From: a virus
Virus record (IMG/VR): IMGVR_UViG_3300022699_000293
Location: 1-64,000 of that record
Length of the DNA: 64,000 bases
Strand: one strand, 5' to 3'
In this document: in pieces, positions 1 to 9,218 of the stretch
How the letters are laid out: each line of letters opens with the position of its first letter
Position numbering within the stretch: position 1 is the first letter of the stretch
Program-made: the position numbers and the translations under genes
The notes under the pieces: generated by a model
What the model saw: the letters and a program-made list of their open reading frames with translations, nothing else
Told to the model about the DNA's origin: nothing
The model's database searches: none

Positions 1-489
1 TTAAGTTATCGGTGCTTTAATATCTGAGGGGGATCCAGGAAAAATAATAGCAAATCCTCCAGGACCTGCATTTAGCCAACTTGTAATGGCTGAAGCAACT
101 GCACTTTTAGCGGCATTTTGAGTATCTACGGGGGAACTAATCGCAGACATGTACGCGGATAAAGGGTTAAAAATTCCAGCGCCTATTGCGGAGCTAAAAA
201 AAGCACTTGCGGGACCCGCATTAAAAAAAGCTAAGATTGCATTACCTATTGTGTCTGCTACGGACGGACCGGAATCCAAAGAAAAAGCTGAGATAAGACC
301 TCCCTTCAGCGCGTTTTGCGCCGAAGGGAGGTAGAGAGAAGGTGTGGTAATAGTAATGCCGTTGGACATTGCATTTAACAAATATTCTGTAAAAGCGTCA
401 ACAAAACCTTGTGCAGCTTCTGCTGTAGAAGATTTAGGAGGCGTTTCAGCTGCAATCAAGCCTTTAACAAATGCCGAGGTATTGAGCAT
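1..489 (-). CDS. hypothetical Ala/Ser/Gly-rich protein (162 aa), possibly virion-associated
   Basis: Complete ORF whose start overlaps the stop of the upstream ORF at 489; no recognisable motif. Confidence 0.6.
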   Translation of the reverse strand: MLNTSAFVKGLIAAETPPKSSTAEAAQGFVDAFTEYLLNAMSNGITITTPSLYLPSAQNALKGGLISAFSLDSGPSVADTIGNAILAFFNAGPASAFFSSAIGAGIFNPLSAYMSAISSPVDTQNAAKSAVASAITSWLNAGPGGFAIIFPGSPSDIKAPIT

Positions 490-692
490 TATTCAATTAT
501 GTGGTTAAGTGGCGTAGCTTGAGTAATTTTCCAAGTGTCTTTTTTTCTGTCTTTCGCTAGAACGAGTTTAAATCCTTTAGGACCTCTTTGACATGTATCA
601 CAAATATAGCCGATTATTTCGCCTTTATGACGGATCTCTATTGCTTCCGGGCCTAGAGAATTTTGACATTCTTCGAAAATACATGAAGTCAT
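489..692 (-). CDS. small zinc-ribbon-like protein (~67 aa)
   Basis: ATG at 692 overlaps the nrdJ stop (ATGA), preferred to the 719 start; CxxxxC and CxxC pairs (CIFEEC, CDTC). Confidence 0.6.
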   Translation of the reverse strand: MTSCIFEECQNSLGPEAIEIRHKGEIIGYICDTCQRGPKGFKLVLAKDRKKDTWKITQATPLNHIIE

Positions 693-3322
693 GAGCACAC
701 TCCTGAATTGTATGAGCAATTAGGACATTCGTAACAACTCGCACCTATTTTACGCAGTTGAGAACCGCAATTAGGACACGGTTCTGAATCTAAATCAATG
801 TTGTCTAAAGGAAGCGTACCTTCAATTTTAGGTTGTGGCAATGATTTATTTTCTTCATTTTCGATAAATTTCCAACGAAGCCATTTAAATACGTAAGCTA
901 TTATAGATGTAGCAGAATGTATAACAGGATGTCGTGTAAAACCAGAAGGGTTGAATTTAGTACCTTCAAATCGTTCTATTAATTCTTCAAGAGGAATTCC
1001 ATATTGTAAGGCAAGGGAAACAAGAGTTGCGAAACTATCTAATAAACCGTTAACAGTAGATCCGTGTCCCGCCATTCTTAAAAACATTTCTCCTATTTTT
1101 CCGTCCGGATAAAAACCTACAGTTATATAACCTTTATGTTGTCCAATAGTAAAACGATGACCGAATTGTTCTCGTTCATCTGGCAGGCGTTTTCTTTCCA
1201 AAGTTTCTTTTGATTTTTCTTTTTGTTCTAATACTTCGCGTACGCGTAAGGGTTCGCTTAATTTACTACCTTCACGATAGATAGTAATACATTTTATTCC
1301 ACGCTCCCACGCTTTTAAGAAAGCTCGTTTTACGTCTTCTACAGTTGCGTTTTTAGGCATATTGAATGTTTTTGATATTGCGCCAGAAAGAAATGGTTGT
1401 ACTGCGGCACACATATTAATGTGCGCATCGACTGAAAGACGCCGGGTACCTATAGGGAGAGCACAATCGAATACAGGCAGATGTTCTTCTTTCAATAAAG
1501 AATTTTCGAAATGTCCTTGTTCTTGCACATGTGCCAAGAGTTTTTCTTGCTGTTCAGGAGTGTATCCTAGAGCATTTAAAGCTATCTCAATATTAGGATT
1601 GAGATATTCCATTATATCTCCCCCAACAAGTGTTTTTGTTTTTTTCAAACCGATGTCGGGCTCTATGCCGGTAGTAGCACAGTCCATCATAAACGCAATT
1701 GTGCCGGTAGGTGCTAGTAAAGTAACTTGAGCGTTACGAAGACCGTGTTCTTTTTTAAATGCTGTGTTGAATACATCTCGCCAAGCTGTAATAGCTTTAC
1801 CTCGTAAATTTAGAGGATTTTCACGTAGTTTTCTAGTAGATGTTTGGTGTCGTCTAAGTACTTCCTCCATAACGGTTTTGTTTTCATTAAATTTTTCAAA
1901 AGGTGTTAAGGTAGAAGCTATTTCTGAACTTGTCCCGTAAGCATACGCTGTCATACAACTTGTAATTGCTGAAGCTATATCTCGTCCTTCCTGACTATCA
2001 TAAGCTAACCCCCAAGACATGAGAAGTCCTCCAAGATTGGCGTAGCCTAATCCTAGAGTTCGATAAATATGACTATTTTCTGTAATTTTTTTGGTAGGGT
2101 AACCTGCAAGATCCACGATAATGTCTTGAGCGATGACGAAGAGACGCACAACGTGTTTGAAAAGTTTGATGTCAAATTGTTGTACGTCTTTTGAGAATTT
2201 ATAGAGATTCAAACTGGCTAAGTTACAAGCTGAGTTATTGAGCCAGACAAATTCACTACAAGGGTTGCTAGCAACAATATCCCCGTCGTTTGCACAAGTA
2301 TTGTAGGAATTAATCGTATCTTCAAATTGTAACCCAGGATCCCCACAACTGTGTGCGGCTTCAGCGATTTGGTGGAATAGTTGCTTGACAGAAAGTTGTT
2401 TAGCTTGTTTCTTGGTTGTTCGATTTACAGTATGCCATTCGGAATCTTTTTTGTAGCCGTGGAGGATGTCTCGAACTTCTTGCATGAAGGTATCGGAAAC
2501 ACGTACAGAATTATTTCCAGATTGATGTTTAACAACACGATATGCGTTTTCAGGGTTGGTGAAGTTTGCGGACATTCCCGCAAGTACGAGACGTTTGACG
2601 ATGTCTTCTTGTTTAGCTTTAGTGGTAATAAATTGCTCAATGTCCGGGTGGTCGATGTCAAGAATAACCATCCTTGCTGCTCGACGAGTACGGCCCCCAC
2701 TCAAGATTACGTTAGCAAAGGCGTCGTAACCTTCCATAAAAGAAACAGGACCTGACGCATGTCCTCCGCCGTTTATTTTTTCATTGGTGCCTCTTAAAGG
2801 AGATAAATTGACACCAGAACCAGAACCTTCCTTAAAAATTAATCCTTCAGTTTTAGCTAGGTCCAAAATTGATTGCATGTCGTCTTTAACAGAATTTATG
2901 AAGCATGCGGAACACTGCGGTTTTTCAATACCATCAACACCTAGATTAAACCATACAGGACTATTGAAGGATCCGTATTGGTTAAAGAGTGCCATAGACA
3001 ATTCGTCTTTAAACACTTTTCCGTTTTCTGTATCGAAGTAGCCGTAAGCTATACCTGCTTCCATAAGCGCGTCGGTAACGCGTTCTACCATTGCACGAAC
3101 ACTAGTTTCGTTTTTATTTGTGGTACGTGCTTGACGAAAATATTTACTTGCAACAATTTTGCAAGCATCCGAACTCCAACGACTGGGGAATTCTCCGTCT
3201 AAGCATTCGTAGAACACATCTCCTGTTTGTTGGTTTTTGATGACGATATCAGTTTTTACCCAATCTATTTGTTGGTGAGGTTCTGAATCGTCTAGAGATA
3301 GTTGTCGTTTGAACTCGAGCAT
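689..3322 (-). CDS. nrdJ: class II (adenosylcobalamin-dependent) ribonucleotide reductase with C-terminal TSCPD domain and Zn ribbon
   Basis: Motifs FNSPVWFN, CSACFI, GGRTRRAA, SNPCSE, LAPTGTI..MDC.TTGIEP, SGAISKT; C-terminal CPNC...CPNC. Confidence 0.95.
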   Translation of the reverse strand: MLEFKRQLSLDDSEPHQQIDWVKTDIVIKNQQTGDVFYECLDGEFPSRWSSDACKIVASKYFRQARTTNKNETSVRAMVERVTDALMEAGIAYGYFDTENGKVFKDELSMALFNQYGSFNSPVWFNLGVDGIEKPQCSACFINSVKDDMQSILDLAKTEGLIFKEGSGSGVNLSPLRGTNEKINGGGHASGPVSFMEGYDAFANVILSGGRTRRAARMVILDIDHPDIEQFITTKAKQEDIVKRLVLAGMSANFTNPENAYRVVKHQSGNNSVRVSDTFMQEVRDILHGYKKDSEWHTVNRTTKKQAKQLSVKQLFHQIAEAAHSCGDPGLQFEDTINSYNTCANDGDIVASNPCSEFVWLNNSACNLASLNLYKFSKDVQQFDIKLFKHVVRLFVIAQDIIVDLAGYPTKKITENSHIYRTLGLGYANLGGLLMSWGLAYDSQEGRDIASAITSCMTAYAYGTSSEIASTLTPFEKFNENKTVMEEVLRRHQTSTRKLRENPLNLRGKAITAWRDVFNTAFKKEHGLRNAQVTLLAPTGTIAFMMDCATTGIEPDIGLKKTKTLVGGDIMEYLNPNIEIALNALGYTPEQQEKLLAHVQEQGHFENSLLKEEHLPVFDCALPIGTRRLSVDAHINMCAAVQPFLSGAISKTFNMPKNATVEDVKRAFLKAWERGIKCITIYREGSKLSEPLRVREVLEQKEKSKETLERKRLPDEREQFGHRFTIGQHKGYITVGFYPDGKIGEMFLRMAGHGSTVNGLLDSFATLVSLALQYGIPLEELIERFEGTKFNPSGFTRHPVIHSATSIIAYVFKWLRWKFIENEENKSLPQPKIEGTLPLDNIDLDSEPCPNCGSQLRKIGASCYECPNCSYNSGVCS

Positions 3323-3337
3323 ACACTACTCCTTAGA

Positions 3338-3895
3338 TTAAATATTGTTTGTTTGGTATGTTGAAATGCGACGTTTAGGCTTAGGGTTGTTAATCTTGTG
3401 GATTACTTCCATACGAAAACGTTTTTGTCTAGGATTTTGGTCGAGAGCGTATGCTAGATGGGCTAACCATAACGCATCAGCTTCATCGTCGGTTAATTTT
3501 AAATTCCATTGTGTATGCGCGGCACGGATCATTTTATCTTTGTCCGCATTTCCGTTTCCTGTAGCGTAAAGTTTTAAAAGAGTAGGCGGAACAACAGTAA
3601 TGTTGGAACAAAAATCATGAGCACTTACTGATAAAACTCCTCGTAACTGTCCTTGAGCGTCTGCTCTATTAGTTGCGCCGTAAGCTGCGCCTTCAATACA
3701 TATGTGGTTGATAGGTCCGTAACTGTGAGTGGCTAGCTCACACTGTAATTTGAATTGGTTTTTGATATAAACAAGACGAGGAATGTCCTTGTATTTTCCT
3801 TTCAAAGTGGATGCTGTTGCTCGAGTATCTGTAAGTATTCCGACACCTGTTTTTCGGAGAGAGGGGTCTATTCCAATATAGCTTGACTGTGCCAT
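3338..3895 (-). CDS. ruvC: RuvC-like Holliday junction resolvase
   Basis: IGIDPS..KTG, IEG, ATGNGNADK, DEADALWLA motifs. Confidence 0.88.
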   Translation of the reverse strand: MAQSSYIGIDPSLRKTGVGILTDTRATASTLKGKYKDIPRLVYIKNQFKLQCELATHSYGPINHICIEGAAYGATNRADAQGQLRGVLSVSAHDFCSNITVVPPTLLKLYATGNGNADKDKMIRAAHTQWNLKLTDDEADALWLAHLAYALDQNPRQKRFRMEVIHKINNPKPKRRISTYQTNNI

Positions 3896-3911
3896 TTAAC
3901 TATCCTACTAT
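3883..3911 (+). promoter_or_regulatory. sigma70-like promoter for the 3946-6001 operon
   Basis: TTGACT-17 nt-TACTAT upstream of ATG 3946. Confidence 0.55.
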
Positions 3912-3945
3912 ATCTAGTAGAAATCTTCTACGGAGTCAACAGTAA

Positions 3946-4593
3946 ATGGCAGAATTAACAATTGAGTATGTTCGTGATACTTTGGCGAATGGTTTTTATT
4001 TAGGGACCAGTGTTCTCGGATCTGTCGATATAGATACGAAGTGTTTAGTAATTCGTAAAGGTACGGCAGACACGGAAGAGTACATTGCTAGAGTAGCTAC
4101 GTTAACGGATTTAGCAGGAATTGAAGAAGCTCCGGCAGGCGGTTATGACTGGATACAAGAACCTGGATTTGCGTCGGTTACTCCGGCTGTCGGGGATATC
4201 GTAGTCATACATGCAGCGCCAGCTCTTTGGGATTATTTGGGTTATGCGCCAGTACCAAGAACAGTAACGGCTTGGGATATGGCATACAATGCTGTTTGTG
4301 TAACTCCTGCATTTCCTGCGTATGCTAAGAATCTATCTTTAACATTGTATGATTCAGGGTTTTTAACTAAGGGTATTTTTACGGATAGCGCAGCAGCATG
4401 CTTAGACATTTTTAATCCTTCTTGGTTGTCCCGAACATATTATCGAGCAGCGTCTTATGACGCGCATTTAGATACTTTGGAAGCTGCGATTAACAAGTAT
4501 GTTGTTTTACAATCTGAAGCACAGTCGTTAGTAGATGCTACAGAGACTTATTTGGATGAATACGAAGGTACAGATACGGAGACATATACATGA
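3946..4593 (+). CDS. acidic putative virion protein (paralog 1 of 3)
   Basis: Acidic, Tyr/Thr-rich; shares RVATLTDL and YYR motifs with the next two ORFs. Confidence 0.6.
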   Translation: MAELTIEYVRDTLANGFYLGTSVLGSVDIDTKCLVIRKGTADTEEYIARVATLTDLAGIEEAPAGGYDWIQEPGFASVTPAVGDIVVIHAAPALWDYLGYAPVPRTVTAWDMAYNAVCVTPAFPAYAKNLSLTLYDSGFLTKGIFTDSAAACLDIFNPSWLSRTYYRAASYDAHLDTLEAAINKYVVLQSEAQSLVDATETYLDEYEGTDTETYT

Positions 4594-4961
4594 GTATCCA
4601 TTTGGATTTGAAACAAACTAAAATTATTGAACCAGATTCGGTTTTTTGTGTTGAGAATGAAGTTACGTATGCTCACGGTATCGTACCTGAGATATTTATA
4701 CACAATACAGAAACAGAAGTATTCGAGCATGTAGCTACTGTATACGATTTGGAAAACTATCCGGATAGCAGAACAGAAGCCATCGATGAACAATCTCCTT
4801 ATTATAGGAAAGCCACCGCATTCAAAGAGTTTGAGACAGTTCAAACAGCAGAAAATTTTACAGAGTATACTTACAATCGAGTTCGAGCGTTGGTAAATAC
4901 GTACGAGCAAGCACTAGAATCTTTTGAAGGAATTATTCACCACAGCATAACGAGTTCCTAA
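4590..4961 (+). CDS. acidic putative virion protein (paralog 2 of 3)
   Basis: ATGA overlap; FEHVATVYDL and YYRK motifs. Confidence 0.6.
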   Translation: MSIHLDLKQTKIIEPDSVFCVENEVTYAHGIVPEIFIHNTETEVFEHVATVYDLENYPDSRTEAIDEQSPYYRKATAFKEFETVQTAENFTEYTYNRVRALVNTYEQALESFEGIIHHSITSS

Positions 4962-6001
4962 TGCCTAATACAATTATATCTCAAACTAGAGAACAAGTTT
5001 CGGTGGACGGGAATCAAGTGTACCGAATTATTTCGGTAGTAACAGACAAGGGAGATTTACCACAAGCTGCCTTATTCGTATTAAAAATTAATGATAATGA
5101 CGATCCTACGGATGATACGTTTTTACGTGTAGCTTCTCCGTACGACTTGACTAATCTTTACACGGATCGAGATATTGCAATTTTAAATAGTTCGACAGCT
5201 TTTTTATCAGCTTACGCGTATAGTGATTTTGATGATTTAGAAATTGCTATACAAGCACAACAAGAAATTTCAGGGCGAATTAATACTTTAGTTGAGTTGT
5301 GGCAAACGTATATGGATGAATTTTATACTGCTACTGCGGCAACTTTAACGTTTCCTAGTGCTGATGAAGCGTACAGCCAACAGTTAAAAGACGCTTACGC
5401 GTCTGCTAAAGCTACACGTATTGCAGCAGAAGATGATTTAGAAACAAAGACGGAAGAATTAGTTACAGCAGAAAATGAGTATGCGGATATTGTTGATGAA
5501 ATAGCTACGATTAAAGAATTAGTTGAGTTGTGCGATACCTTAAGAAACACTACAGTACCGGGTTATTGGGAAGTTTTAAAATTAGAATTAAGTTCTTACG
5601 AGACTGGGAATGCAACGTTTGCGGAAAATATGAAATCCGCATATTTGAGTTGGTCGGGCACACCATGGGATCCGTCATCACCTCCTGCAATTAGTGATGA
5701 TTGGTACAATATGTACGATTACATATTAACGTGGACCACTACAGTTAAAAACGTTTGGGAAACGAACGGACAACCTCAACAAGCTAACACAGATACGACA
5801 CTTACATCTTTATGTAATGCTATCTCGGCGTTATACACAACCAAATTAAACACGTATTCTGCCGCATCGAGTACGTTGTCGGCTGCCCAAGAAGCTAAAG
5901 AAAAGGCGACTGCCGATCTGACAGTCGCCCAAGAAGCAGAAGATGAGGCGTTGGCTAATGTGTTAGCTGTATGTCCAGATTTCGATTTTTCTTCAGTTTA
6001 A
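4961..6001 (+). CDS. acidic coiled-coil putative virion protein (paralog 3 of 3)
   Basis: TAATG overlap; FLRVASPYDL motif followed by long Ala/Glu helical segments. Confidence 0.6.
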   Translation: MPNTIISQTREQVSVDGNQVYRIISVVTDKGDLPQAALFVLKINDNDDPTDDTFLRVASPYDLTNLYTDRDIAILNSSTAFLSAYAYSDFDDLEIAIQAQQEISGRINTLVELWQTYMDEFYTATAATLTFPSADEAYSQQLKDAYASAKATRIAAEDDLETKTEELVTAENEYADIVDEIATIKELVELCDTLRNTTVPGYWEVLKLELSSYETGNATFAENMKSAYLSWSGTPWDPSSPPAISDDWYNMYDYILTWTTTVKNVWETNGQPQQANTDTTLTSLCNAISALYTTKLNTYSAASSTLSAAQEAKEKATADLTVAQEAEDEALANVLAVCPDFDFSSV

Positions 6002-6005
6002 TTTT

Positions 6006-7433
6006 TTAGTAGAGAAAATTGTAATTTTGGTGGGAGCTATTAGGGTGGTAGGGGGACACAGTTTTTTCACACAAATTCAAATGACGGTATACTTGAAAAA
6101 CATCTTGAAGGGAAGATACGTTAAAATTCCATGGGAGAAATGTCTTGGCGGACCCCCAATAATAAGAAACGAAAAGGGAGCTTTCTTTATTTAATCTTTC
6201 AATATAGCGAAATGGATAACTTGTTGATCTCCATCCTTGACGCCGTGTAGGACTAAAGGAATGTGTTAATAGTTCTAGTAGGGTAGCTTTTATATTAACT
6301 GGAAGTCTAGTAGGATTTACTTGACAATTTTTTTGACTTGGTACGTAAGTGTCTAACCATTTTTTAGCGATTTTAAAATTAGTAGTGTAGCGTTTAAGTG
6401 GATATGCTTCAGAATGTATTGGTAAAAGTGCAAAAGCTAGTGTGTGAGGTTTTTTAGTAGAGGCAGGATGATACTGTAAAGATGCGACATATTTTCGTCG
6501 ATTTATTCGTTTTTCTAATACCCCACTATGAGTTAACAAGTATTGTATCTGCGCGTCTGTAAAAGGAACGTTTGCTTGTTTTATTACTTTTCTATTTAAT
6601 TGATTAGGAGTGTAAGGGTAGTATCCTGTACAGGACACAAGATCTGACGCGCATGCATCACAAGCAGATGGTTCAAACATAGCACAACGTGGGCAAATTT
6701 CTTTTTGAAGTAAATCGCGATTTTTTCGTGTTTGTGTTGCGGTTTTACGTTGATTTTTATTTTCAGGAATTTGGTGGAAGTCACAAAGTGTTACGTGGCG
6801 AATTGCTGCAGAAGCAGTTGTGTCTGACGTCATGCTTCCTCCTACAGCTACAAAATTTCCAATTTTGGTTTGGTTAAGTTTTACGTTGTCTAAAAAATCA
6901 TCGTAATCCCCGACGAGAGTGTAAGCTTCTTCTTGTAATCCTACTTGGCGTACAGGTAAACAAAGTTTAGAGGGATCCCAAGGTCTATCAAAGGATAATG
7001 CAGGACACTCAGAACAACCGTGTGTGTATTTTTCAGGCAAAGCGCATTCCTTATAAAACTCTTCTCCTTTTTTGGTAATAATTTTTTCTGGAGTTACGAC
7101 GGTTATAGGATAGTTAGAGCTTTCTGCTAATTTTTGTAGCATAAATTTGTTAGACAAGTAAGGAGTAGCTATTAAAGCATGGCGTAATAAAGCGTCATTT
7201 TGACGTGTGTAAAAATGTAAGTTTGAGTTTACTGTGTATTTAATCGGGAGTATTATGAAATACGGGCTTAGTAGTTTAGCTGTTAACGGGTGTTTAGCGA
7301 TGTCTGAATGGTGTGTTGATTCTTCTAAATTTAGAGGAGGAGATTCGCTATCTCCACTAAAAAGTAAACAAAGTGGTCCTTCTGATCCAGACACAAAGAA
7401 ACGGTTGAGCGAAGCGGGCACAAAGTATAACAT
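6006..7433 (-). CDS. Cys-rich hypothetical protein immediately downstream of the RT
   Basis: GGAGG RBS before ATG 7433 (ORF track starts at GTG 7460); Cys clusters CSECP and CPRC...CDAC...C. Confidence 0.7.
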   Translation of the reverse strand: MLYFVPASLNRFFVSGSEGPLCLLFSGDSESPPLNLEESTHHSDIAKHPLTAKLLSPYFIILPIKYTVNSNLHFYTRQNDALLRHALIATPYLSNKFMLQKLAESSNYPITVVTPEKIITKKGEEFYKECALPEKYTHGCSECPALSFDRPWDPSKLCLPVRQVGLQEEAYTLVGDYDDFLDNVKLNQTKIGNFVAVGGSMTSDTTASAAIRHVTLCDFHQIPENKNQRKTATQTRKNRDLLQKEICPRCAMFEPSACDACASDLVSCTGYYPYTPNQLNRKVIKQANVPFTDAQIQYLLTHSGVLEKRINRRKYVASLQYHPASTKKPHTLAFALLPIHSEAYPLKRYTTNFKIAKKWLDTYVPSQKNCQVNPTRLPVNIKATLLELLTHSFSPTRRQGWRSTSYPFRYIERLNKESSLFVSYYWGSAKTFLPWNFNVSSLQDVFQVYRHLNLCEKTVSPYHPNSSHQNYNFLY

Positions 7434-7456
7434 GCAAAAATACCTCCAATGATTTC

Positions 7457-8593
7457 TCACGTAGAAGATTTGTAACGCTCTAAAGCAAATTGAAATTCTT
7501 CTAATAGAGGGGCTCCTCGACGAGCATCGATTTGGTTGAAGATATTCAATTTACCGCGTAAATGTTGTATAAACTTTTCTGTAGATGTGTAGTTGGCACG
7601 ATGTGCTTGTTGCGGAATATCGGTGATAGCACAGTTGTGCACCATTGCTCGAAGTTTTTTATAGTCTGTTTTTGCAATGCTGGGCTTTTTATCGATAACT
7701 ATTCCCAACATACGTGTTCTGTGTTGCGGACCTGTAATTCTAGTTTTTCTAGGATTTACCCAGTATCCTGACTGGTTTACAAGATTCGTAATATCCTGGA
7801 TAATTGTTTTACGTTCACTTTTCGGATATTCGATACCGCAGGACAAAGTCAGATCGTCCGCATAGCGTCCATATACCCATTTAAAAGTTTCTTTAGATAT
7901 GTATTTATTCTTCTCGGATAAGTATTGAAGTATGCGTCGATCTAATTTCTGGTTGGCAACCAAGTTACAAATAGCTCCTGAAGTGGGGGCTCCCTGAGGT
8001 ATTCCTTCATGTGAAATTTTACGTGTTCTAGAATTGTGAATAGGTACAGTCATAAGGTTAGCTAACAAACCGCTAACGTAAAAAGAGTATCCTAAAGATT
8101 GAAAATAGTGTCGTATCCAAGCCCGGCGCGTGTTAGGAAAGAAATTTTTGAGATCCATTTGAATAAAAGTTCCTCTACGAGGACAATCATGTGTGTGGGG
8201 TGAGGGCATTTTAGCTGGAGGAGCATTGTCACAGACAGGACAGGGAGGTAAATGACGCAAAGCTGCGTCCTTGATAGAGTGCCCAGGACGATACGCTGTA
8301 ACATGGTTACCCAATTGTTCTTGCAAAGGATTTAAGATACGAGTGTTTATGCGCTTTAAAAAAGATTTCATTAAAGGTGTAGGGTCATGAAGTGTACGAA
8401 ATTTTCCCGGCGTTTTTTTAGGGATTTTCGAAATACGATACTGTTGGTTTTTGGTGGTAAGTAAATACCATAAAGTTTTAGTTCGATATCCCAGAAAGAA
8501 AGCTAAAGTACAGTCATCAATAATAAAGGGTGCCGGGGATTTTAAAGAAGGTATGGAGATAATATCTAACGTAGTATTTTTAAATCCTACCAT
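7457..8593 (-). CDS. retron-like reverse transcriptase with Zn-finger insertion
   Basis: IPKK..GKFR.L..P, AYRPG.SI..AA..H (region X-like), MDLKNFFP, PQGAPTSG.I.N, Y.RYADDL, VNPRKT, MLG (region Y position); strong GAGGAGG RBS. Confidence 0.9.
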   Translation of the reverse strand: MVGFKNTTLDIISIPSLKSPAPFIIDDCTLAFFLGYRTKTLWYLLTTKNQQYRISKIPKKTPGKFRTLHDPTPLMKSFLKRINTRILNPLQEQLGNHVTAYRPGHSIKDAALRHLPPCPVCDNAPPAKMPSPHTHDCPRRGTFIQMDLKNFFPNTRRAWIRHYFQSLGYSFYVSGLLANLMTVPIHNSRTRKISHEGIPQGAPTSGAICNLVANQKLDRRILQYLSEKNKYISKETFKWVYGRYADDLTLSCGIEYPKSERKTIIQDITNLVNQSGYWVNPRKTRITGPQHRTRMLGIVIDKKPSIAKTDYKKLRAMVHNCAITDIPQQAHRANYTSTEKFIQHLRGKLNIFNQIDARRGAPLLEEFQFALERYKSST

Positions 8594-9208
8594 TTATACC
8601 TCCTCGTTTTTTGAAAGGGAATTTAATGAAATAGTTAATTGCATGCTATCTCTACATATTGATCTACCAGGAGAACAGCCGTTAGCATAGTAACGGGACA
8701 TATGTTTGCATACCGCACATACAGCAGGGATATTTTTTTTCGGCGTATGTAGCGTGATTGCTGGGAGGTTTGTGTTTAGGTTGTGCAGGTCAATAATAAT
8801 TCTAGACAAGGAATAGGCTAATTGGGGAAAAGAACGGTTGGTTGTTTTATCTTTATTAAAAACAATATAAGTAGGAATAACCAGTAACCACTCATGGGGT
8901 GTTAAAGTAATATTTTTTCCTAACCCCTGATGTTCATAGCTTATATATTCGTACTCCAACAAGGTACTACGGGGAATAGTAATGTTTCGACGGTATTCTA
9001 AATTGAGCCCTTGTAGTGCATGATATAAGGAAGTTGAAAGAGGTGTAATTAAACTATGAGGAAACAAGGAAAACGCCATTTCTTGTTGCGAGGTAGGAAC
9101 CAAATAAACACGGTCAAAGGGGAAGTAATCAAAAGAATGCAGCGGATTATCTGCTTTCTTTTTTCTTAACCGTGTTTGGTGTATTTTTACGCAGTAAATT
9201 TGAGTCAT
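8594..9208 (-). CDS. hypothetical protein with C-terminal Cys motif, abutting the RT start
   Basis: 204-aa ORF; stop codon directly adjacent to the RT ATG; CAVC...GCSPG...C. Confidence 0.7.
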   Translation of the reverse strand: MTQIYCVKIHQTRLRKKKADNPLHSFDYFPFDRVYLVPTSQQEMAFSLFPHSLITPLSTSLYHALQGLNLEYRRNITIPRSTLLEYEYISYEHQGLGKNITLTPHEWLLVIPTYIVFNKDKTTNRSFPQLAYSLSRIIIDLHNLNTNLPAITLHTPKKNIPAVCAVCKHMSRYYANGCSPGRSICRDSMQLTISLNSLSKNEEV

Positions 9209-9218
9209 ACACGTTTCC

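Noticed and set aside
7457-8593. Diversity-generating retroelement or group II intron interpretation of the RT
   Set aside because: No TR/VR pair differing at adenines and no Avd-like gene were seen; there is no maturase/endonuclease domain and no flanking non-coding space for an intron RNA; motifs look retron-like
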